Below, one piece after another: positions 46,201 to 52,569 of a stretch of 64,000 nucleotides of DNA. The DNA lies in contig JACPWU010000021.1 in NCBI GenBank assembly GCA_016196885.1, forward strand, positions 3,618-67,617, in the 5' to 3' direction. The notes beneath the pieces were generated by a model. That model made no database searches. It had not been told where the DNA came from and saw only the letters and a list, made by a program, of their open reading frames with translations. The stretch is from Chlamydiota bacterium (GTDB lineage: Bacteria; Auribacterota; JACPWU01). Within the stretch, counting starts at the first letter, position 1. Every line of letters starts with the position of its first letter. Position numbers and translations under genes: made by a program.

Positions 46201-47336
46201 GGCAAATGGTAGGAACCAACTCCTCATGGAAAATAAGTACCACATCCTCCTCGGGCTGGCAAAACACAGGCTTTGACGAAAACAGCTGGTCCTCAGCGAC
46301 AGAGTGGGCTGCCTTCGGAAGTGGGGTGTGGGGTTCTTTTGACATGGGTGCCCATTTTTCGAATGCAAGCCAAGCCAAGTGGATTTGGGCCTCGGACCCC
46401 TATTCTATCGATGACATCTATGCGAGAAAAACGATCCTCACCCCCAACGCAACACTCAGCATGACGGCGGACAACAAGTTCAAAGTTTATCACAATGGGA
46501 ACCTCGTTGCCTCCAGCTCCCAATGGTGGTCCCCCGCCGTCGTCGGTCTTAATAATCTCCAAAATGGAGACGTCATTGCTGTGAGGGCCGATGATGAAGG
46601 AGGCATTGCAGCGTTTCTTGCAAAGCTGGACTTTAATGGAACTCAAATCTTCTCAAATACAACATGGAAGGCCTCCACAGGACCTTTCTGGGAAGCAGAC
46701 CTCTCTTGGACGTCAAAAAGCTATGACGACTCGAACTGGACAAGCGCCTTCCCAGTCGGAGGCAACGGAATATCCCCGTGGGGATATTTGTCTGACTGTG
46801 GGAGTGCGCAATGGATTTGGGCCTCATCAGACACGGACGGTGTCAACACCTCTTTTTTTAGGTGGACGGTGGGAACCAACAATACAGAAGTAGGTGTAAC
46901 CTCTTTTCTGGTCAGCGCAGACAATGAATACAAGTTCTACAAGAATGGTGTGCTCATCACATCAGGAAGTCGGTGGTATATGCCGGAGAGCTTCACATGT
47001 TTATTATCCCCTGGGGATGTCATTGCGATCGAGGCAAGAGATTATGGTTATAAAGCGGGACTTTTGCTCTACGCCTCCGGGGCTTATAACCTCGTCTCGG
47101 ACAGCTCTTGGAAAATGAGTACCACCGAACAGTCGGGAGGATGGGCGAGTAAAACATTTGACGACTCTGGCTGGGCTTCAGCCAGTGATCACGGGGCCTA
47201 CGGCATTGCACCTTGGGGAAGCAATGCTTCAGGATTCCCAACCAGTTCTTCAGCTCGTTGGATTTGGGGCCCCAACAATCAGACTGGGGCAACAAACATT
47301 GATTCCCACGTCTTCTTCAGAAAGAAAATTGCTTAA
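40230..47336 (+). CDS. 2368-aa secreted multidomain protein with two complete propeptide(I9)-subtilisin(S8) units, Fn3-like and MAM/lectin-like jelly-roll domains, thrombospondin-type-3-like Ca-binding repeats and four C-terminal ~150-aa beta-sandwich repeats
   Basis: Signal peptide; catalytic triads present twice (IDTGVDY(N/T)HPDL, HGTHV(A/S)GTI, GTSMATPHVAG); repeated LxWTAxGDDGxxGxAxxYxxRYSTSxITxxNFSSA modules; DSDGDG motifs; repeats containing WIW and FDDSxW. Confidence 0.8.
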   Translation: MMKSNWMKRGIVSCILGVGLWGSASLFSFSDEEKKYAPDELLVRYKPGVSSAQIRQLRKAIHAERLEKFSINDVQHYKLEAGQSLQEALSELKGSSKVLYAEPNYVVELNQTPNDPDFSKLYGMNNTGQTGGTADADIDAPEAWNTQTGNQNLVIAIIDTGVDYNHPDLAANIWTNPKEIAGNGIDDDGNGYVDDIHGWDFYNKDADPMDDHYHGTHVAGTIAGVGNNGIGVTGVVWKAKIMALKFLSSGGSGYTSGAISAINYATQMGAKISNNSWGGGGYSQALKDAITANQNAGALFVAAAGNSGVNADTSPMYPAAYDVANIISVAATDAKDQLASFSNYGKTSVDLGAPGVSIYSTAPNNTYKTLSGTSMATPHVAGAVALIWSQFPSLTNLQVKDKLLVSTDPISALSGKTVSGGRLNINNFMENDTTAPAPVTNLATSSVSYFTTTLTWTATGDDGFTGQASTYDLRYSTSAITESNFSSALQASGLPSPKTSGQTETFKVTGLSSNTAYYFALKVKDNVGNTSSLSNVISATTSQGTTFYQDNFENGQGSWVTGGTNGTGGGTLWHLSTRKSNSATHSFYYGSESKGNYNTGQANYGWITSPKIYLTSATNSTLIFNHYLTTENLAPYDEGSVRISTDGGSTFTTLNKFYSTSSKWQQVSVDLSKYDGKTVYIQFYFTTLDALYNSYEGWYVDDVQVMADGQGDTTPPAAISNLAISSLGQYSLTLNWTATGDDGNTGTASFYDLRYSTSTITDSNFSSAVQVSGLSSPKAAGNSESFEVKNLSSGVTYYFAIKATDDLSNTSAISNGVNGKTKTGPKISVSPSTLAKVSLDVGKSTTQSLTIQNTGDENLTFDITEIPTTTASSAESSSSLETGSSASAAYAPSQILVKFKEGLSEAAIHGLGDSVDARTVKIYSDIDVHLIETASGLDAQEMARMYLASGLVEYAEPNYVVQALSTFPNDSSFSQLYGLHNTGQTGGTADADIDAPEAWDTTKGASSVVVAVIDTGVDYTHPDLSANMWTNSGEIPNNGLDDDGDGYVDDYRGWDFVNEDNDPMDDNKHGTHVSGTIGGVGNNGTGVAGVCWNVKIMPLKFLSGSGSGYTSDAVEAVLYANKKGANVMSNSWGGGGYSQALYDAIKAAEVKGILFVAAAGNSSSNNDQVANYPSNYNISNVIAVAATDANDALAWFSNYGANTVHLGAPGVSIYSTLPGNTYGSLSGTSMATPHVAGACALVWSANPSWNYAKVKNQIMVGTDKISSMSGKTVSGGRLNVYKALQAAETTPPSAVTDLSSSMVSFSTLKLKWTATGDDGNTGTATSYEIRYSTSSITSSNFSSATLISNTPTPKSAGGAEEFNVTGLSQKTTYYFAMKVTDDASNTSGLSNVTSATTDEAVVTYLDSMETGAGWTVTGLWHLSTRKSNSPTHSFYYGDETKGNYDTGSTTQGTLTSSTIDLSSGVTPQLSFQYWRKVESGGIYDKTYLEISKDNGSNWTQLWYKNSSNTSEQAWTSSGPLDLSSYKGAKVLLRFTFDSVDAYLNFYEGFYVDDVQILDSKTDFNWLSVQPATGTLTANQSSTVTLTYTAVSSGTYKGAILIKSNDPAKPSTTLSLELTATQDTTAPSAISNLKVASIASSNTSLTLTWTAPGDDDNVGTASSYEIRYSTSLITDANFSAATLAPNPPTPQVAGSTETFSLTGLALSQNYYYVAIKTQDDVGQVSSLSNVVKTSDLDSDGDGLCDQDEYSMGTDPLKSDTDSDGFSDGQEKSIGTDPVKSTDFPATIILTCDNAYEIYINGVFKGNDSNWTNKETYYAKLGDTIAIKGIDLGGIASLLCQISHGNKIMPSNFLWKASPQAASGWTNPNFDDSSWPGAVEHFAYGHGPWEQWVNGFDASNNWIWTNRPEEHDTVYFRRKVDFSQNALLRVTADNAFEAWLDGQYLGSSNVWHLPKFFIGTVSEGSLIALHGIDLGGIGGLLASLTYVDSNGKRQMVGTNSSWKISTTSSSGWQNTGFDENSWSSATEWAAFGSGVWGSFDMGAHFSNASQAKWIWASDPYSIDDIYARKTILTPNATLSMTADNKFKVYHNGNLVASSSQWWSPAVVGLNNLQNGDVIAVRADDEGGIAAFLAKLDFNGTQIFSNTTWKASTGPFWEADLSWTSKSYDDSNWTSAFPVGGNGISPWGYLSDCGSAQWIWASSDTDGVNTSFFRWTVGTNNTEVGVTSFLVSADNEYKFYKNGVLITSGSRWYMPESFTCLLSPGDVIAIEARDYGYKAGLLLYASGAYNLVSDSSWKMSTTEQSGGWASKTFDDSGWASASDHGAYGIAPWGSNASGFPTSSSARWIWGPNNQTGATNIDSHVFFRKKIA

Positions 47337-48196
47337 GCCGCATCACCTTGTTTAGAATGCGTCAGACGATAAACATATTTTCGCGAAAGACCTTTCATTT
47401 CGGCCACCCATTTCACGGCCTCTTTCTTCGATAGATTGTGGTTCTTCATCGTTTCTTCCACTTCTTGAACGAGCGTTGACTCATCCAAAGAAGAAACATG
47501 GATCTCTTCCTCTTTAAAACCCTGAACAACCAATACAAATTCTCCTTTGAGATTTTTTAAATCCAACCGGGAAAGAATCTCTTTCAGAAAACCCCTTTCG
47601 AAAGTTTCAAACTTTTTGGTCAATTCTCTGGCAACCGTGACCTTTCTATTTCCAAAAATTTCGAAAAGATCTTTAAGACTTTCTTTGATCCGGCGTACAG
47701 ATTCATAAAAAATCAAAGTCCTTGGCTCTGCTTTCAAATCCATGAGAAATTTTCTTCTGGCCATTTTTCTCTCTGGCAAAAATCCCTCGAAGGCAAAGCG
47801 ATGAAGCGGCAATCCTGAAATCGTCAAAGCCGTCAAAAAAGCGGCAGGCCCCGGAATAGCAAAAACGGGAATCTGATGCTCAATGGCAAGAGCGATCACT
47901 TTAAAACCCGGATCCGAAATCCCGGGTGTTCCGGCATCGCTCACCAAGGCAATGTCTTGTCCTTGCCGAAGACGCTCGATCAAATCAAGGGAACGAGACT
48001 TTTCATTAAAATCGTGACAACTGACGAGGGGCTTGTGAATATCATATCTTTGGAGGAGCTTACTCGTTTGGCGTGTGTCTTCACAAGCAATCAGGGTGAC
48101 CTCTTTCAAAATCCTCAGCGCCCGCAAAGTAATATCCTCTAAGTTTCCAATGGGAGTTGAAACAACATAAAGCGTTCCGGACATAGATCGCCTCAA
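47333..48196 (-). CDS. rsmI: 16S rRNA (cytidine1402-2'-O)-methyltransferase
   Basis: YVVSTPIGNLEDITLRALRILKEV...ACEDTR N-terminus typical of RsmI. Confidence 0.8.
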   Translation of the reverse strand: MRRSMSGTLYVVSTPIGNLEDITLRALRILKEVTLIACEDTRQTSKLLQRYDIHKPLVSCHDFNEKSRSLDLIERLRQGQDIALVSDAGTPGISDPGFKVIALAIEHQIPVFAIPGPAAFLTALTISGLPLHRFAFEGFLPERKMARRKFLMDLKAEPRTLIFYESVRRIKESLKDLFEIFGNRKVTVARELTKKFETFERGFLKEILSRLDLKNLKGEFVLVVQGFKEEEIHVSSLDESTLVQEVEETMKNHNLSKKEAVKWVAEMKGLSRKYVYRLTHSKQGDAA

Positions 48197-49305
48197 GCCT
48201 TCTTGAAATACCCTTGTGCAAACTGAATTCTTCTGTGAATACTCGGATGATCATAAAGAAAAATTTCCACCCAGCGGGGTGGATTCATTTCGGAGAGATT
48301 TTGCTCGGCCAATTTCTTCATGGCCCGAGTAAAGGCATCTACATTTCGGGTCTGGTCTAAAGCAAATTGGTCCGCCTGCTTTTCTAATTTCCGAGAATAC
48401 CCATTTTGAAAAGGCATCAACAAAAGTGAAAAAAGAAAAAGGATTAAAAGAAGGATCGGCAGCCCTGCAACGTCGGCAATTCCATTCAGATGAAGGGTTA
48501 GAATCAACCGCCCTAAAAATTGAGAAGCACAAAAAAATCCCGAAAGACTTGCAAAAAGTCCCAACGTCATCAGCCGCCAAAGATGACGATGGTAATCATG
48601 TCCCAATTCATGCGCCAAAACCACTTCAATTTCATCTGGCGAAAAATGTGTAATCAAAGTATCCCCCAAAATAATTCTCTTAGAACTTCCGAGCCCCGTA
48701 CACATGGCATTCGCCTTTTTAGTCTTTCGACTCATGTCCATTTGAAAAACGCCCAGCACCTTCACGCCCGCGCGATGGGCCAAAGCCTTCAGTTTTTCCA
48801 CCAAAGAAGAATCCTTGAGTGGCTCCACCTTATAAAAAAGCGGCAAAATCAAGGTCGGGGTAATCCGCCCTAAAATCACCGTGAAAAGAAAATAGAAAAA
48901 AGAGGCAAAAAGCCACCATCCATGAGGAAACGCCCTCAACAAAATGTAAATGACCTCAACAGAGATAAGAGAAAAAATCAAATTTAAGAAAAAACCCTTC
49001 ACTCCATCCCACAACCACTGGAGAAAACTCTGTTTAGACAGCTTAAAATAATGCTCCACACGAAACGCAGCATACCCTAAAGGAAAGGCAATCATCGTCA
49101 TTAAAATTATAAATACACCCATATATAATGCGTTTTTTACATAAAAATTGGGAAAGTAACTATAAATAATACTTAATAAATTAAAAGAACATCCACTTAT
49201 TTGGAAAAAAAGCAAAAATAGAAGAAAAATAAAGAGGTTAGCCATAAAAAATAACCTCTTTATTTTTGCATAACTTTTTGACTTAGAATGAGTTTCTTTT
49301 TCCAT
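48193..49305 (-). CDS. M48-family zinc metallopeptidase (HtpX-like) with N-terminal TM region
   Basis: HELGHDYHRH zinc motif and multiple TM helices. Confidence 0.65.
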   Translation of the reverse strand: MEKETHSKSKSYAKIKRLFFMANLFIFLLFLLFFQISGCSFNLLSIIYSYFPNFYVKNALYMGVFIILMTMIAFPLGYAAFRVEHYFKLSKQSFLQWLWDGVKGFFLNLIFSLISVEVIYILLRAFPHGWWLFASFFYFLFTVILGRITPTLILPLFYKVEPLKDSSLVEKLKALAHRAGVKVLGVFQMDMSRKTKKANAMCTGLGSSKRIILGDTLITHFSPDEIEVVLAHELGHDYHRHLWRLMTLGLFASLSGFFCASQFLGRLILTLHLNGIADVAGLPILLLILFLFSLLLMPFQNGYSRKLEKQADQFALDQTRNVDAFTRAMKKLAEQNLSEMNPPRWVEIFLYDHPSIHRRIQFAQGYFKKA

Positions 49306-49346
49306 AGTGAATTCTTCAATAAAAAAATATACGGTGGGAAATAATT

Positions 49347-50183
49347 TTATGAGGAGACAGCTTCTACAATTCTCTCCAAATCTTCCACAGAATAATATTC
49401 AATCTCGATTTTGCCCTTTTTCTGACCGTGTTTGATATAAACCTTGGTATGAAGTGCCTCTTCTAACTTTTCTTCCATGGCCTTGAGCTCAGGATTTTTC
49501 TTCAAAATCTTTCGATGAAAAGGTTTTTTCTGAACTTGCACCCTCTCTTCAATTTCGCGAACGGAAAGGCCCCTTTTCACAACCTCTTGCGCCCATTTGA
49601 TCTGGTCTTGCGAGTTGGAAAGCCCCAAAATAGCCTTGGCATGCCCAAAGGTTAAATCCCCTTTTTCCATCATTTCTTGAATTTCTTTGGGGAGACTCAA
49701 AAGGCGAAGAAAGTTGGCTACCGTCGCTCTGTTTTTTCCAACCTTCTCTGCTACAGAGTCTTGAGTCAATTCATAATCCCGCATCAGCCGCATGTAGGCC
49801 CGGGCTTCCTCCATCAGACCTAAATTCTGCCTCTGAATATTCTCAATCAACGCCATTTGCAAAGAGGCTTCATCTGTTGCCTCTTTCACAAGCGCTGGAA
49901 TCCGTGTCCAGCCCAAGGCCTTGGCAGCCCTGAGTCGCCTTTCTCCAGCGATTAATTCATATCGGGATTGATGTCTGCGAACCAAAATAGGTTGAAGAAG
50001 CCCGCTTGTTTTCAATGACTCTTTGAGTTCTATCAAAGAAGCCTCATCAAAATCTTTTCGAGGCTGCTGGGGATTGAGATCTATCCATTGAATATCCACC
50101 GATTCTACTTTCCCATCAGGTCCTGCAATGGGTGTGTTTTGAATTAATGCACCTAACCCCTTGCCTAAAGCTTGCTTAGCCAT
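49347..50183 (-). CDS. parB: Chromosome partitioning protein ParB
   Basis: ParB box GERRLRAAK, HTH, C-terminal dimerisation domain. Confidence 0.85.
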   Translation of the reverse strand: MAKQALGKGLGALIQNTPIAGPDGKVESVDIQWIDLNPQQPRKDFDEASLIELKESLKTSGLLQPILVRRHQSRYELIAGERRLRAAKALGWTRIPALVKEATDEASLQMALIENIQRQNLGLMEEARAYMRLMRDYELTQDSVAEKVGKNRATVANFLRLLSLPKEIQEMMEKGDLTFGHAKAILGLSNSQDQIKWAQEVVKRGLSVREIEERVQVQKKPFHRKILKKNPELKAMEEKLEEALHTKVYIKHGQKKGKIEIEYYSVEDLERIVEAVSS

Positions 50184-50289
50184 AGTTATGCCTCCTCGTT
50201 ATTTTGATTTATCCCCTTCCTCGTCCACACCTGCAAACACTTACCCTGACTCGGTCATGTGGAGAGGGCTCCCCCCTTATTTCAAGTTT

Positions 50290-51162
50290 TTACAAGATTT
50301 TATAGTCCCCGCGGGATAGTTCCCTGTGGAAAAGAGGGCTGGGGGAGTTATGAGTTTTCGTAGTGTCGCCAACCTTTAAGGATTCAAAAGATTGAACCCC
50401 TAAGTTACGTTCCATAAACTCCTTAGCAAACTGTAAATAGCTTTCAGCTCCTATCGAAGCCTCATCATAATAAAGAATCGGTTTCCCGAAGCTGGGGGCT
50501 TCGCTCAGTCGGACACTGCGAGGAATGACTGTTTTGAATATGAACTCTGGGAAATACTTGCGCACCTCTTCCATCACTTGCCGCGTTAAATTGGTTCTCA
50601 AATCAGCCATGGTGAAAAGAATGCCTGCGACTCCCAAATGCGAATTGATATTGGCCCGGACCAGATCCACCGTTTTTAGAAGCTGTGTTAATCCCTCCAA
50701 GGCATAATACTCGCATTGAATCGGCATGAGAACCCCATCAGCCGCTGAAAGGGCATTGATGGTCAGCACATTTAAAGAAGGCGGACAATCAATGATAATG
50801 CATCCATAATTTTCCTTAGCTTTTGCTAAGAGCTTTCTTAAAATATTATTTCTATCCTCGATTTCTAAAAGCTCAATCTCAGCTCCCGTTAAATCCGCAA
50901 CTGAGGGAATCACCTCCATTCCATCCCAAGAAGTGGACACGATTGCTTCGGCTAGAGGCAATTGCTTCACCAAAACACTGTAAATACTCTTTTCAATTTT
51001 ATTTCGATCCAAACCGACGCCACTGGTCGCATTGGCTTGGGGATCCATGTCAATGAGAAGAGTTTTAACTTTTAACCGGGAGAGAGAAGCAGCCAAATTA
51101 ACAGCCGTGGTCGTTTTTCCAACGCCCCCTTTTTGGTTGGTAACCGCAATGATTTTACCCAT
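50290..51162 (-). CDS. parA: Chromosome partitioning ATPase ParA/Soj (C-terminal about 30-aa extension partly encoded by repeat E2)
   Basis: Deviant Walker A KGGVGKTTT; 290 aa versus about 255 typical. Confidence 0.85.
   Translation of the reverse strand: MGKIIAVTNQKGGVGKTTTAVNLAASLSRLKVKTLLIDMDPQANATSGVGLDRNKIEKSIYSVLVKQLPLAEAIVSTSWDGMEVIPSVADLTGAEIELLEIEDRNNILRKLLAKAKENYGCIIIDCPPSLNVLTINALSAADGVLMPIQCEYYALEGLTQLLKTVDLVRANINSHLGVAGILFTMADLRTNLTRQVMEEVRKYFPEFIFKTVIPRSVRLSEAPSFGKPILYYDEASIGAESYLQFAKEFMERNLGVQSFESLKVGDTTKTHNSPSPLFHRELSRGDYKIL
50313..50350. repeat. Repeat E2 inside the 3' extension of parA
   Basis: gggatagttccctgtggaaaagagggctgggggagtta. Confidence 0.5.
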
Positions 51163-51177
51163 AAGGGAATCTCCAGA

Positions 51178-51250
51178 GGACAGAACTCAGAATACAGAAT
51201 AAATACAACTCCTTAATCATTCTGACTTCTGAGTTCTGTCTTCTGTCTTC
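51178..51250. repeat. Palindromic element I2 upstream of parA
   Basis: ggacagaactcagaatacagaata...tcattctgacttctgagttctgtcttctgtc. Confidence 0.5.
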
Positions 51251-51260
51251 CGATCTATTA

Positions 51261-51274
51261 GTTCCACGTGGAAC
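51261..51274. promoter_or_regulatory. Second GTTCCACGTGGAAC palindrome, about 100 bp upstream of parA
   Basis: Perfect 14-bp palindrome identical to the core of the 52536..52567 site. Confidence 0.5.
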
Positions 51275-51396
51275 AAAATAATGATACATGGCTTATACAA
51301 AAGAAAGCAAGATTTTTGATGAGCAAAATTAAGAAATCCGCCTTTTTTATTGTGGGTGACTCTGAAAGGGTCCCTCCAAGTTATTCTGGAAATTGA

Positions 51397-51844
51397 TTGT
51401 AGTCGCCCCATTTATGGGGCCATGCATGGATTGCCCGATAAATCGGGCGACTACGCTTGACGGATCAAGAATACTTGAGCCAAGTCCATATGCCAAAATT
51501 TATTTCTCCGACAGGCTCCTAGCCCGCATTTCTCATCAGATTTCGTCGCGAGTCCGCCTAAGGTGGATTGGAGGGGAGGTTGCACGACTGAGGCCATGCG
51601 AGGCATACCTTACAGTATGTTGAGCGTGGCCGACCGAGTCTGCACGGAGGGACGAAGCGGAATCGGAGAAGAGCGGCAGAAATCTGACGAGAAACGGCCA
51701 TGACTTTCAGTCACAAAGGGGGATGAAAATCACCCTTGTAGTCGCCCCATTTATGGGGCTGCCCGATGAATCGGGCGACTACAAGTAATCATAACTTATT
51801 GTATAAAAATAAGTAAAGACTATTTTCAGATGAAACGCGGGCTA
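51397..51844. repeat. Composite repeat C2 (inverted-arm copy of C1, with an extra A-core hairpin at its left end)
   Basis: Core gcatttctcatcagatttcg...ttacagtatgttgagcgtggccgacc...gcagaaatctgacgagaaac followed by the reverse-complemented C1 arm; overlaps the stop of the hypothetical secreted-protein gene. Confidence 0.65.
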
Positions 51845-52498
51845 AAACCCTGCCTGAGATTCTAACTGCTTCTGCCAGGCTAGGCGAATCATTTCTAATT
51901 TTCTCAAAATATCTTGGAAAGAAGACCCTTGGTCTATCATCATAACCAGTTCATCAATATCTTTCGTCGTCAATCCCAGATTGACACTTCTCGTCTCTTG
52001 TTGGACCCAGGTCACATTTCTGCGAATCAAATCTAAGCTGCCCGGTTTCTCCTCTCTGGAGAAGGACTGGACATAAGAGGCCACACATTCTGCACCTTCT
52101 AAATGCACTCCCAATATAAAAAGGCTTGAAATCTGTGTGCTTAAACTCGCCCACGTGTTTTGTTCAAACTCAATGCTGCCAAGCAAACTCTGTCGAATTT
52201 CTGGAAAAGTGAGCTGATCTAACTGAGATTGAAGCTGAACCAGAGAATTGGCTGGATTTCCCATTCTTCGAGAAGTATCAATGCTCCAGGAAAGATTTCG
52301 CTTGATTAAATCGAGGGACCCTGGTCTTTCAGCTGTTGAAAAAGCCTCATTCAAAGAAGCGGTGCACTCGGCCCCTCCCAATTGTATCCCCAAAATAAAC
52401 ACGTCCCTCTTCATTTCATCAGCCAAGGATTTTCCAGGATGAAAAACAGCAAGGGTTAGAACCAAAAATAAAGCCTCAACAAAGGATTTAAGTTTCAA
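51842..52498 (-). CDS. Secreted hypothetical protein with internal ~95-aa tandem duplication (TTG start with AAAGGAGG SD)
   Basis: Signal peptide MKLKSFVEALFLVLTLAVF; duplicated block ILG(I/V)(Q/H)L(G/E)GAEC(T/V)AS...PGSLDLI(K/R)RN. Confidence 0.45.
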   Translation of the reverse strand: MKLKSFVEALFLVLTLAVFHPGKSLADEMKRDVFILGIQLGGAECTASLNEAFSTAERPGSLDLIKRNLSWSIDTSRRMGNPANSLVQLQSQLDQLTFPEIRQSLLGSIEFEQNTWASLSTQISSLFILGVHLEGAECVASYVQSFSREEKPGSLDLIRRNVTWVQQETRSVNLGLTTKDIDELVMMIDQGSSFQDILRKLEMIRLAWQKQLESQAGF

Positions 52499-52535
52499 GA
52501 AAACCTCCTTTCATTAAGAGCAGTGAATAGCACTT

Positions 52536-52567
52536 AAATGTTTTGTTCCACGTGGAACAAAACATTT
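52536..52567. promoter_or_regulatory. Perfect 32-bp palindrome aaatgttttgttccacgtggaacaaaacattt (CACGTG-centred), 38 bp upstream of the secreted-protein gene start and 2 bp after the ATPase stop
   Basis: Sequence equals its reverse complement over 32 bp. Confidence 0.6.
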
Positions 52568-52569
52568 AA

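Noticed and set aside
40441-47295. Numerous 60-160-aa antisense or alternate-frame ORFs inside the 7.1-kb protease gene
   Set aside because: They are embedded in a continuous 2368-aa ORF with clear domain architecture. None has independent homology or translation signals.
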